Source: Kondoa subrosea
Taxonomy: Eukaryota
Length of the DNA stretch: 64,000 bases
Direction: 5' to 3'
Assembly (NCBI GenBank): GCA_039545335.1
Contig: BCIN01000001.1
Location: forward strand, 1,472,604-1,536,603
In this document: one piece after another, positions 1-12,352 of the stretch
Position numbering within the stretch: position 1 is the stretch's first letter
How the letters are laid out: every line of letters starts with the position of its first letter
The notes under the pieces: generated by a model
Told to the model about the DNA's origin: nothing
The model's input: the letters and a program-made list of their open reading frames with translations, nothing else
Databases searched by the model: none
Position numbers and translations under genes: made by a program

Positions 1-1387
1 ATTCTAGCTCTCGCTTTCGAAGCTCCTTTCCCTCGTCCTCTGCGCCAAACTACGCGCGATCAGATCATTGCTAGACAGAATCAGCATCATCGTTTGGCTA
101 GACGAAGTGAAGCTAGTCCTGTCTCTTGTCCAAACGGGTCAGCGAATCTCACTACGAAAGTTGACATACGACTGATTTCTGTCACCTTTCAGCTTCCGAG
201 ACGTCTCCAGTAACACTTGTTGTGCTTCTGGTGTTGGTCAAACGGATGGTAGCTGTTGCGACGTCAAAGGTATGTTAGATCAGCTTTGTTGAAAAGCAAA
301 TACTGACTCATTATGCAGACGTCAATCAGAACACTGAACCCAAAAGCTGTTGTTCGTCTGGAACGACCTTTGCTGGTGGAGAATGCTGTGCTTCTTCTGA
401 GGTTTATAATACCGTTTGTGGGCTGGAATGTTGCACGAATGGTCAAGTTTATCGACCTGTAAGTGAAGTACATGCAGTTCAGACATACAACTGATTCGCC
501 GCGATCTTTACTTGCAGACTCCCGCTGCCGATCGAGACTGTTGCCCTTCTGGCTCTACCGTTGTGACTGCTGAAGATGGGACACAACAATGCTGCGGAGC
601 GTCTAGTACATACATGCAGGACGGGTAAGTAGTATCTTCATCTGAATGAAAGAGGTCTGATCTATCTTGAGTAGCGTCGCCAAATGCTGCCCAGGCGGTG
701 GAACAGCTATTTCCGACGGAAGCGCATCCAGTTGCTGCGCAAATGGCGGGGACATCAAGCCGTATCAAGGTCATCAGATTTGCTGCCCTCCTGATTCTGA
801 TGATACTCGCTGTCCACCCGAGGAAGCTTCGCCTAACCCTGGTCGCAAACGCGAACTAAGTCCCTCTTCCCCTGACTTCTTCTCCTCCGCCGAAAAACCA
901 GCAATGTCTTCCCATGGTCATCGAACACTTCTCAATGCTGAATTAGCTGCTCAGTATTTGCTCAATGGTGGATCTTTCGAACACGATGGCAAGTCTTATC
1001 AAGACGAATACGAGAAAAGGAAGACCGTGTCTGCTTGGAAGCGAGTTTTGTCTACTGGTGGGAATGCTTTAGCAAAGTATGCTTTCCAAGGCCCTTTGTT
1101 TTGCAAGGGATTCATCAGAGTCAGTCCCTTTCCGTTGTCTGCGATCGGCGCATCGGAGCTAATTTAGTTTCTTGCAGAACATTGAGGAAGAGCGACCTAT
1201 GGCTTTAAGTCCATTGTTCAGCTTCCACACTCGCGATATTCCCGAAATTTGGGCAAGACTCTCAGCTCGAGACGATTTTGATGGCATTCTTTACAAAGGT
1301 GTTCACTTTACTCGCAACACCATCGATAGCTTGGCCGCGCTTCATCCCAGATTCAATGCAAGTCTGGTTGAAGAGTACAAGAAGTGA
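1..1387 (+). CDS. 5'-truncated, probably secreted Cys-rich (CC-repeat) protein with a non-Cys C-terminal domain
   Basis: Spliced frame ILALAFEAP...RRSEASPVSCPNG|FRDVSSNTCCASG...; 10 vicinal CC pairs; then GRKR and a ~150-aa domain ending ...LVEEYKK* (1387). GT-AG introns near 138-192, 270-318, 459-517, 625-674 and 1120-1177. Confidence 0.7.
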
Positions 1388-1565
1388 AACATCCGGACAA
1401 GTGATCGAATCAAATGCTAAACAGGTATTATCATGAAGTAATCCGTGCGCCGAAAAAGCAGTATAGTAGCATAAGTATGAAGAAATGACGAGCCTTTTCG
1501 CTATCTTTTCGCAGTTTCTCCAAACCCCACGTTTGTCAAAAAGTTTTACTCACTGATAGACCACG

Positions 1566-4500
1566 ATGCCAGCGATATTTGGGCACTTGCCATTCTTGCC
1601 AGTCATTGCCAAGGATGAAGCAAACCAGCTACCCAGCGAAGATCTGTTGCTGCCTTTGGCTAGAATTGCGCCTATTGTGATTCCGACAGCAGCGCTTCGA
1701 TCAGTCCTCAATGTCCTGCCTGCGACATCCGAATACTGGGTCTTGGTCGAACCTGGTCTGCACTTGGATGTGATTGTAGCTCTTCTAGATGCTGGCGCTT
1801 CTCGTTTGGTTACATCGGACTTTTCATTACTTGGTCAAATACCTGCAGAACGACTGGTTCTCGCTCTGAATCCAGACTCAATACAATCTCTGTCTGCTCA
1901 CAAAGATGCTACATCGCTGGCTCAAGCTGTATCGGGCATCTTCCTCGAAACTCCGTTGAATCAAGATTCGGAAGGTTTCGATAAGAACCTGATATCGACT
2001 GCAAGGACTTTGCTGGGTGGGAAAGCAAGCAGAGAAGCTAAAGATATCTATGTCCTACCTTTTGGCAATGCTCAACCTACTTTGGATCAGCTCGAAGCAC
2101 TTTCAGCAATGCGTTTAGGAACAGTCGCTTGCCTTCCTACAACAATCCTTTCAGCAACTCCTCCTCCTATTGAATCTACAACAACAGCAGAGACTTCCCT
2201 TCCACCTCGAACTAAGAATGGCTATCATCTACCTATAGACGTTCTTTTCCTTTCTTCCCTGTCAACGGATCGAGACGACGCTCTATACGCAACATTAGTC
2301 ACAGCTCAAGGCGAACCACCTCTTGGCTTGGTCTACTCTTCACCACTCTCGATATCTTTATCCATCATCACTTCCAACGCAACTTATCACTCTCGTTCTC
2401 GAAACGCGCTTTGGGTGAAAGGAGCAACATCAGGAGCAACGCAACAAGTCGTCGCTATTCGTCGGGATTGCGATGGCGATGCATTAGAATTCATCATTGA
2501 TCAAAAACCCGGAACTGGGTTCTGTCATACACCTAAATCAGCTTCTTGTTTCGGTCCGGATCTTGGTCTGGGTACATTGGAAAAGACAATCAGACAAAGA
2601 CAAGCGGAAGCACCTCTTGGAAGTTACACCAAGAGACTGTTTGATGATGCCAATATGTTGGAAGCTAAGATTAGAGAGGAAGCGGAAGAAGTATGTCAGG
2701 CTCAGAGCTGGGAGGATACAAGGGCGGAAGCGGCGGATCTGCTTTATTTCCTGCTTGTGCGTTGAGAGCTGCTTCTAGACTATCCGGTCCTAAGTAAATG
2801 GTCTTGGGGTACAGGTTCGTTGCGCAGCAAAGAATGTATCATTAGCGGACGTGAAAGCTATCCTGGATCTACGAGCAGGCAAAGTCACTCGAAGACCAGG
2901 AAACGCCAAACCTGCCTTCATCAAGCCTTCAAGCAATGGCAAATCGAATGGCATAACCAATGGATCACCTGCTTCTTCCACTGCTGCTCTCGAAGCCACA
3001 AGTACGAAACTTCCGGCCAAGCTTGCGGGTATTCCTGCTGCAGAAGATGCTCAGATTAAGGAAGATGAAATTATTCCACCTGTATTTGACTTGGCGATGC
3101 TGCAAACGGAACAGAGAGCAGCACTACTCAAGAGACCGCTGATAGACAGTAAGGAGATGCTGGCGAAAGTTCAGCCTATTCTTGATCAAGTGTGCGTGAG
3201 ATGGTACTTCTTTGTCACAATTGAGACTTAGGAAATTTCCATCTGCCTACAGCAAATCTAATGGCGACGATGCACTACGGAAATTTGTCTCTACTCTAGA
3301 TCGATGTACAGCAGCAACAGAAATGAGCAAAACCAACAAGCCTTGGGACGTTGTTCTACGCGCGCCCTTCTCTCAAGATCTCATGACTCTATCCGATGAA
3401 ACAAGGAAAGCGATCGATACTGCCTTTGCAAACATTCATATGTTCCACTCGAAACAAGTGCGTGTGAGACATCAATGCTTAGCTTTGGTCTGATCCACAT
3501 ATTCCATATGTACAGATGGACAAAGAATCCACCGTTCTTCGAGTAGAAACCATGCCAGGAATAGTATGCACTCGTTTCGCCCGAGCAATAGACCACGTTG
3601 GTCTCTACATCCCAGGCGGTACTGCTGTTCTTCCTTCAACGATGATGATGTTGGGTATTCCTGCTTCGATCGCTGGTTGCAGACATATTTCCGTCGCTAC
3701 GCCTGCTGATAAAGATGGCAATGTCCGACCTGAAATCGTTTATATCGCTCAAAAGTGCGGAGTGAAAGAAATCGTTCGAGCTGTGAGTGTTGTCAATGTC
3801 TGCTCATTTACGGAGCTGAGGACTCGGCTTTCGCTCACAGGGAGGTGCTCATGCTGTTGCTTCAATGGCTTACGGAACAGAATCAGTCACTAAAGTAGAT
3901 AAGATCTTTGGACCTGGTAATCAATGGGTGACGGCAGCTAAAATGGCCGTGAGCATGGATTCTGGATCAAATGTATCTATCGATATGCCCGCTGGACCAA
4001 GTGAAGTTCTAGTGAGTATCTCCCTGCTTCCTGAACACCTGCATGTGCTAATTTGTATTTCAGGTCATTGCGGATCACACTTCCAATCCAGTCTTTGTAG
4101 CGGCCGACCTATTATCACAAGCAGAACATGGACCAGATTCGCAAGTCGTACTACTCGCAGCAGCACTAGAAGAAGATCACCTAGAACAAATCAAAGCAGA
4201 AATCTCCAAACAAGCTTTGGCTCTCCCTCGAGTGGATATCGTTCGAACATGTATCAGTAAATCACTCATTGTCAAAGTTGGTTCAAGGGAAGAAGCGTTG
4301 GAGTTCAGTAATGATTATGCACCGGAACATCTAATCTTGCATTTGGAAGACGCGGAAAGCGCTTTAGGACAGGTTAGGAATGCTGGCAGTGTGTTTGTTG
4401 GCGAATGGAGTCCAGAAAGGTGAGTGCAAGACATCAGAATGCATGCTAGATTATGGCTTAGAACGATCGCATCATTCACAGTTTGGGAGATTACGCTTCT

Positions 4501-4704
4501 GGCACAAATCATACTTTACCTACTTATGGCTATGCTCGGCAATACTCTGGAGTATCTACTTCTTCTTTCCTCAAGCACATTACTTCGCAAAAGCTAACAA
4601 AAGAAGGTCTTCAATTACTTGGTCCAACAGTCGATCATCTTGCTCGAGTAGAAGGATTGGACGCTCATGCAAGAGCTGTGACCCTTCGTTTAGCGACATT
4701 GTAG
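1566..4704 (+). CDS. HIS4: Trifunctional histidine biosynthesis protein (PR-AMP cyclohydrolase / PR-ATP pyrophosphatase / histidinol dehydrogenase)
   Basis: Motifs [84 protein letters not shown] and [13 protein letters not shown]; several GT-AG introns. Confidence 0.97.
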
Positions 4705-4773
4705 GACTCAAAGATGCTTAGGTATGTAACAGAATGCGGTGAATGTACAAGTGTTGTTACAATGCCTCTTTCC

Positions 4774-5163
4774 TTATGCCCTTCGTTTGCCTTTGGCTTT
4801 TGCGATTTCTCCTTCTGAGGCCTTTGGTAATATTTTGAGCGATCCATTCCCATCTGCTTTGCCCACAATCTATATCAACACCCAATGAACTTCATTTCAA
4901 GCATTTCTGTCGAAGCAGGAAATAACAAACAAGTCTTTCTATCGTTTGAGGTGTTGCCATTTTTCTCGTAGCTGACACTCTAGTCTTATCCGCTATCGTA
5001 GCTTTCTTATTAGGTGCAAATGTTCTCGCTATTCCACGCATATTTGAGTTTTTCAGAATTCTGCAATTGCCCATTGCTAACCTCCTTTGGTGACTGGTTT
5101 CGCTTTGACATGAGTAACCTTCTTTGGATCTTTCTTAGGAGCTGCTTTGAAACCTTGCGCCAT
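4774..5163 (-). CDS. Small basic UPF0390/DUF2462 (C19orf53, Leydig 10 kDa-like) protein
   Basis: 3 exons give MAQGFKAAPKKDPKKVTHVKAKPVTKGARTFAPNKK...IERLIVGKADGNGSLKILPK...KRRA*; the MAQG start and KG.R..AP.K pattern fit the family. Confidence 0.7.
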
Positions 5164-5236
5164 TATTGGTAATAACGGCCGTTTCTCGATGACCCAATTA
5201 TTTCATTCTCTCTTCCATTGACTTCAACCTTCAAAA

Positions 5237-6803
5237 ATGGTAGAAAGCAAGTACTGGATTCTAGCTAATCCAATAGAAAAAGAAAGTGAGTGCCTAGCTG
5301 CTTTGTATTTGCAGACTGAACGAAGCACTGATAATGCGCAATGTTATAGTCAAGGACGATAGTTTCCAACTCAAGACTGAGACTTTGCCAGAATTACAAG
5401 ATGGTCAAATCTTACTCAAGACTATTTACTTGTCTAATGATCCAGTAAGAGTCCCATTCCCCTCAAGGCTTTTGCTGACCAAGATGATGATGACGCGCAG
5501 GCTCAAAGAGGTTGGTGTCAAAAGGACGTAGATCCTAAAAGACTCTACGTTAGACCAGTTTATGGTGGTGAAACTATGCGAGCTGGAAGTGTTGCCAGAG
5601 TTGAAGAGAGTAAATCAGATAAATTAAAGAAAGGCGATCGTAGGTCTTCCCGCGTTATTGTATTTCAATACATATACTGAGAGGATAGTTGATGGATAAA
5701 CAGTCGTTTCCGCTCAAAGTGGATGGCGAGAATATCAAATCGTGAAAGCTGAAGAAGTCAAACCAATTAGAACTATCAAGGGAGTGAATCCATCAGTCTT
5801 TGTAGGTAGCTTAGGTGGACCTGGGTGAGCTTCTCTCTGGCTCTTATGATCTACTTTCTTTGATTTGTTGGCTAATGATATTCTTTGGGCAGACTTACGG
5901 CCTATTTCGGTTTGAAAGATGTGCTCGACTTCAAGAAAGGTCAAAGCATAGTCATTTCAGGAGCAGCTGGGTCCATTCTTCCTCTCCTACTTATCCTTAA
6001 ACGACGTGCTAATATCGCTATTGGTACAGAGCGGTAGGCAATGTAGTCTGTCAATTAGCCAAATCTATGGGAGCGAGCAAGATCATCTGTATTGCCGGAT
6101 CGGATGATAAATGCCAATGGCTCAAAACACTCGGAGCGGATGAAGCTATCAACTACAAGAATGCTGATTTCGAAGAGAAATTGATGAAAGCTACTGAAGA
6201 CGAAGTGGATTGCTATTTCGATAAGTATGTTCTATCTGTATATGTAGCGTGGGATTTGCGATTTATGAAATTTAAAACAGTGTTGGAGGACCGATCTTGG
6301 ATCTAATGCTCAAGAGAATCAAGAAACATGGTATTGTTGCTGCATGCGGAGCAATTTCAAGTTGGTCTCACATCTGTACCAAATTATACAGTCTAAGAGC
6401 TTCTTTTCTCGCCAGGCTACAATGATCCCAAAAATACTCGCTTGACAAATTGGTTCGAGATAAGTCTCTTCTCTTCTGTGTGATGATACCAAGCTCATAG
6501 CCTTGAGAATATCTACGTCATAGCCAATTCTTTGCAGATCAGAGGGTTCATCGTTATCAACTATTTACACCGCGCTGGTGAAGCCATTGAAGCTCTTTCG
6601 AAAGCTATCGAGAATGGTGATCTCAAGCTAGAAGGTGCAGAGACTGTCAAAGAAGTACCGTTTGAAAAGATTGTAAGTGCTTCCCTTCGTTGGTCAGTCG
6701 CGCCTAACTAATGAAACTTGCTTGATCAAAGCCCGAAACTTGGAAAGGATTGTTCTCTGGTGTGAATCAAGGCAAACTGGTTACTCAGATTGCTAAATTG
6801 TAG
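5237..6803 (+). CDS. NADP-dependent MDR-family oxidoreductase (prostaglandin reductase / 2-alkenal reductase-like) with C-terminal PTS1 AKL
   Basis: Spliced motifs YLSNDPAQRGW, LGGPGLTAYFGL, ISGAAGAVG, IAGSDDKC, YFDNVGG, CGAISSYN, IRGFIV and GKLVTQIAKL*. Confidence 0.9.
6460..6516 (+). other. Candidate AT-AC intron (U2-type consensus)
   Basis: GAG|ATAAGT...CTAC|GTC; removal gives NWFEVIANSLQIRGF. Confidence 0.55.
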
Positions 6804-6930
6804 AAAGTCATATGCAAATATTTGAAATACAAGTCTCCCAAACAACGAAAGTCGCTCGAGTAGTATACAACATAGTCATGCAAGGGAAAAGGTACAAGAA
6901 AGTACAAGAGAGAATTACAAGCGCTCCTTC

Positions 6931-8412
6931 TCATTGAGTATGTACATCAACCATCGACCAACCCTCTTCATCGCCCGATTCGATTTTGGGAGCGCTAGAA
7001 GCTAATGCAGCTAAATTCTGTTTGGTCAACTCTTCGAAATCCATTGATCCAGCATAGGATAAATCGAGACGTTGGTCAAACGTTGTTGCATGGGATTTAC
7101 TGTTGCATAAGATTAGCTTCTAGCAAAATGGAGACAGAAGAAACGAGACGAACCACTTGAGATCAGGTTGTGATAATGCTCCAAGTAATGCCTGTAGCGC
7201 TTCGTCCGATATCTTCATTGGTCGACCAACAGCGTAACATATGTAAGCAATATTGTACGTAAGCATAGAAAGACCAGTGATGAACGGCACGAGAAGTCGA
7301 TCGGTTTGGGTTGAAGTGGTAAATTGCGTCAGAGCGGAAGTAGCTGATGCAGATGTTACTGATGAGGATATATAAAGAGGGTATCGAGCTGAGTATCTAG
7401 AAGATCAATCAGCTAGATAGATGAAGCCCTGGCATAGAAACCACTTGTTCAGCCACACAGTCAATGGTGCAGCCCTGATACTAATCTTCGGGCCGGTGTT
7501 GATGATGAATGGTAATCGTAAACCGAGATACATAGCTACTAGACGAACGAGATGCGTAGTATGAGAAACAGCGGCTGAAATTTCGTCTGGCGGATAACCT
7601 GAGATGAAAGGTTAGCAACAACTACTGAATCGTTGGCTATCATTCCTTACGCTTGATGTCTGCTATTGAAGGCAATATCGCACCACCTATTCGATACAGC
7701 AAGACCTCCTTTGCATTTGCGTCCTCTTTGAGCGCTTGTTCTTCCGCATCGACAGCTTGAATAGCATACACGCCCAACATTTCTTCTAGTAGTACCTTTC
7801 TTGTATACTGCGTTCTTTTCTCTAGATCGTGCCATTGAGTTGCGAGGTGTGCGACTTCTGCTCGCGCGAATTGTACTTGGTTTGAGCCACTCTTTGATGG
7901 AGTACGAGGTGAAGAGAGGAATGGACTATCATTGACGTTCGTACCAGAGCTGAGTTTGGCACGAGCGGCTGCCAGATTCACCTTGCGAGCAGATAGTTGT
8001 TCTTTCCGTTTCCTGATTTCCTCTCGAGCTGTCCAATGGAAAGGTACTTTAGCTGAATCACAGCACACAAATACCCTCTTACGGACCTGCTGCAGCCTGT
8101 GTACGAGCAAGACTGGTAGAGCTGTATAATGCCTTCAAGTTCTCTTGACGGTGATGTTCTTCCGCACGCTGCAGTCGCAAAACATCTCCTCCTGGACCAG
8201 CCAAGTAGGTAGTAGCTTTGTTCTTGAGTGTTTGTAGTGAAGTAGAATAGCGTCCGACCAGATTGGTGTGTGCTCGTAATCTGCATATTTAACAGTCTGA
8301 ATGAGTTCCCGCTAATCATAGCTGGAACCGCTCTCGCTCACCCTTTGTGTAGACATTGATCACATATAAAAGATCGCTTATCAGTCTCGAGGCATAAGCC
8401 GCACTCGATCAT
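6931..8412 (-). CDS. ATG14: ATG14/Vps38 (UVRAG-like) PI3K complex subunit
   Basis: N-terminal CGLC...CDQC, coiled coil, YPPDEISAAVSHTTHLVRLVAMYLGLRLPF, FITGLSMLTYNIAYIC; C-terminus EEGWSMVDVHTQ*. Confidence 0.75.
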
Positions 8413-8503
8413 AGTTCATAACAAGCCTTGAAAGACAATATTCGCAAGCGCGCGTCGACTGGGGAAATGTGACACATTGATGATTGCATATCTGCATGCA
8501 ACA

Positions 8504-10120
8504 TCACCCGATATATTTAGGTGGTACGTTCCTCCTCTTTGCTGAAGAAGGCATCTCTTCTTCCGCCAACTGAACATGAATACTTCCAATACCCCTTGTT
8601 CCAGCCGTTTCAGTCAAGACCACAGGTCCTTTACTTGTTGGAAACCCTCCTGCGAAATCATCTGGTAGATCCGAAGGTGGTAAAGCATCCGTTTTGGATT
8701 GATAGATTTTGGTTGGTTTGAGATCACCGCTTGCATAACGATGTTGCTGTTTCTCCAGGGCATGCTACTCTTTCGTCAGGAGATACGTCGTATGTAAGGG
8801 ATTAGAAGGAAACTTACAGCCCACATTGCAGCACTTTCCGACATCGGATTAGCGATATCTTAGCTTCTCAGTCAACGAGACCCTTACCCAATTCTATTTG
8901 ATATACTAAAGACCAAACCAAATACTGGCACTCTCTCAAGTAAAGCAGCTAAAAACCCGAATGCTACACCACCATCAGTTGTTTCTCTTTTCGAATGAAT
9001 GCAAGGGCTTACATCGATACTCAAATTGTCTTTCGACCATGAAGAGTTCTTGTTGATAATTACTACTCACCCCCTTCAGCTAACAACGTATGATTATGCA
9101 AAGAAAAGACAAACCTCATATTCTTGCTCTTGAAATAAGGCTGATGAAGGATTTTGGCCATAGTCAGACTTCTTAGAAAGGCAGATATGAACATCCCGAG
9201 AAATGGAATAAAGGAAAGAGGTAGCAATAGAGCTGTTGTACCGCTGTATACGTTAAGACGTGTTTCTAATTGACTAGGTATTGACTGACTCCTGATCACT
9301 AGCATGCGGATGATCGGGCTGTTGATGCGTTCATGCCATTGAGACTTGGCTGAATAAGTTAAATCAGTCTCCTGTAACTGAGATAGAGAGGTTGACTGAC
9401 CAGCTGCTCGTTTTGCACGTTCAAGAGGCGGTTCTGCCCATTCTTCGACATACGGGATCTGAGGCAATGAATTCGACAAATTCTACTGCAACGAAACGAG
9501 ACGCAGCTTACCCAAAATGACGCATCTTTCCCTCTTGAAATTACTGTCATGTCATAGGCATGTTTTCTTGCGGCTTTCATCTTTTTGCCCAGAAAGTACT
9601 CGAAAACCATAGAGCATTGCTATCCCGTAATTGGGGACCTTGTCTATGGGCAGAAGGATAGACTTACACTTAAGACAAACATGATGGAAGCATAAGTGAT
9701 GACGCTGCAGAAATGGCTTCAGAGACAGCTAGTAAGACAAAGCAAAAGATTGAATTCACTTGAAGCCAAAGAGTTTGCTCTTCTCGTCATAGCGTGAGTA
9801 ATTGATTTTGCTGCCAAAGTGCTGAACGAAGAAGCGAGTGCTTCGAGAGGATCATTCGAGTAAACATATCAGGTAAGCACAAGATTGGAAGGATGCCACA
9901 CCAGGGATAAGAGATCAAGGCCTGAAAGTGCACGAATGAGCTCCGTTTGATATTATGTCTGCACCTAGCTGACCCAGAATACTGCAACGATCCCTCCACG
10001 AAAGACCGCTTTTGAGCAGTCATCCAAAATCGGTTTGCTGATGGTCTTGTCGGTCAGGAGTCGATAGATACCGACGATTAGGAAGATAGGAGCTGCAGAA
10101 AGCTCCGTAGCATGTGGCAT
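8504..10120 (-). CDS. Multi-pass membrane protein, EI24/RRT8-Lds-like
   Basis: IVGIYRLLTD, ARKHAYDMTVISRGK..FW, PYVEEW, LLLPLSFIPFLG, LHQPYFKSK, GFLAALLERVPVFGLVFSISNRIG, LEKQQH; multi-exon, internal boundaries approximate. Confidence 0.65.
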
Positions 10121-10560
10121 GGCCGTGTACGGATGAGACACGTCTTCCAAGCTCTTCTCTCAAATAAACCATGATGTCGCTTAAAACACACAGAGAAGCT
10201 CTAGCTGCGCCAAGCCTCAATGAGCTCTGATAGGCTATACAAGCTCCCAGCTACCGGTTACATGTATCTGTATATCTATCTCGCTTTATCAGATTCTGCG
10301 TTAAGCCGCTTGGAAGCGTTCTGGAAGCGCCATGTGAGGCTTCCATCGTTCTCTAATCATCACTAGTCGATTATTGTGCTCCTTTTAACCGCGGCCGTGG
10401 GCTCACTGTGGACCAGTTTTGCTTCTTTTCTCTATCCACTACTGTTCTCATACCGTTTCCCAGCATAATCCCTTGCATTGGTTCCTGAGCTCTCTGCTAC
10501 TTCTCCTTTTCAAACATTTTCGCCCGCTGCGTCATCCAGGCTCTTTTATTCCCTCATTAT

Positions 10561-12352
10561 ATGGGTTCTCAAGCTCTCTTCGACGGCTCTTCAACTTCTC
10601 AGACTATGCTCAAACCACAAGAAATCCTACATGGGTCAACGATCTTGGTCAGGTAAGTGCCTGAAGCATTTTTCCGATCCTAACTCATTTGATAATTGTA
10701 TTAACATTGCTCAGCGGAGGTACGTATAACAAACTGAAGTGACACAAGTGGCTCAGACGCTATTCTAGGGGCTGGATTCGTCGCTTCCCAACTCATTCAA
10801 CGTTTGCTACAACCCGATTTCGGTATCAAACGCATCTATACGATAATTCGTTCGAAACCTGGTCAATCTTCCGCTTCCCGTTTACCCAAATATATGCAGA
10901 AATATGTGGCTGAACGATTAGATGATGAGCACTGGTCAGATATGCCCTTGGTCGTGCTGGATGGGGATTGCGCAAAAGAGAATTTCGGTTTGGGCATGAG
11001 TGATTGGGCATTGATGGATGAAGTAGAAATTGTCGTACATCCAGGTAAGCAATCGTACGCTGCTCTTCGTATTGACCCACTCATTGACTTCTACAGCTGC
11101 CAATACTTCCTTCACTGAACCAATGCCGTACATGTTAAAGACCGTGTAAGTCAATAACCGGCGAATCGAGTTTCCAGATCGCTGACATGTGCGTAGTGTC
11201 GATTTGGCATACTATATGGCTGCTTTCTCTCTCAGCAAACCAAAAGTTAAAGTTCATATTCATATCAGTACTTGTTTCGTAGGCTGGAACTTGAAGCAAG
11301 GCGAGATTTCATATGAAGAACCTTTGAAGCCAACTACTGCTGCTTATGATAACAATTGTGAGTTCATCCTCGCGATTCCACTATGCGATAAGTGTCTGAA
11401 TTTGCAAGTAGATTTCCAAGTCCGTCTCTCTCGTCACTTGTGGTCACATCGACTGAAGTATATAATAGGTCAAAGCGATCAGCGAAGGATTTCTTCAGAC
11501 AATGGGTGCTCAGCCTTGCGAAAATAATGCTATCTTCCGGTTAGTCCAGAATCACTGCTACATCTCTCTCGCTCACAAAATCGCAGGATTTGTCGGTTGC
11601 CTATCGTTGGGCCAGCTTTGAAATTCCCTTTTGTCGCAGCAGGCGCAGGCGCTGCTAGTCCAATTGCAGCTTTGGTCTCTGCTGAAGTCTTACCGGAAAA
11701 TCTGATAGATCCAAACGGTCTTTTCGATGGTAGGTTACTCTGCTTCGTGTCTTTGGCCATGCCCTCACGCTCTCTTTCAGTCCTCCCGGTCGATGTCTGC
11801 TGTGATCAGCTTCTAGCAGTCACAGCTTCTTCTCTCCTTACCGCTCAAGAAACAGAAACTATAAACAAACCACGTCAGGTTCAGATTTACAATCTAGCAG
11901 TGGGTTCAGATAAGAAAGCTTTGCTGCCGCGCCATATTATGAACGATAAGAAATACAAGGTTTCAAAAACTTCAATCTCCCATGAGGTACGCTTTCGGTT
12001 TGTACTATTTGTAACTGTATACCGACGAGCCTGTTTGTAGGTGTTCTTCAATGCTTATGATCGGATCTTCAACAAAGTGAGCCTTTGATTCCAAAAAGCG
12101 TCTTATACTGACTTTGAATGGAATTCACAGAGCGTTCTCTTCGACACTTCGTGCGCTCAATATGTTTGCGGTCTCTCGTCCTCAGCCAAAGAAAGAACAA
12201 TCGATAAGCCGGTCGACTGCTCTTCTTTACAAGTCAATTTCAAGCAGGCTATGGAAGACTATAACGGTTGGGATGGCTATCTTTGCGCTGTTCGCGACTT
12301 CATGGAGAAAGGTCTTCAAGCACAAGCGAGACGCAGGAAGGCGAAGCTCTGA
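10561..12352 (+). CDS. Fatty acyl-CoA reductase-like extended SDR (NAD_binding_4), copy 1, PTS1 AKL
   Basis: Spliced SGGAGFVAS, IYTIIRSKPG, LDGD..FGL, VVHPAANTSF, HISTCF, NNYFQVK (YxxxK), DVLPVD; ends RRRKAKL*. 10 introns. Start is ATG 10561 or the in-frame ATG at 10606. Confidence 0.85.

Noticed and set aside
304..311. TGACTCAT (Gcn4-like site) upstream of HIS4
   Set aside because: 1.25 kb away and coincides with an intron branch point (CTGAC) of the upstream gene.
1566..4704. Three-enzyme fusion in histidine biosynthesis
   Set aside because: Standard fungal HIS4 architecture.
6460..6516. U12 (minor spliceosome) interpretation of the AT-AC intron
   Set aside because: Lacks the ATATCCTT donor; CCTTGAG is only a partial match to the U12 branch consensus.
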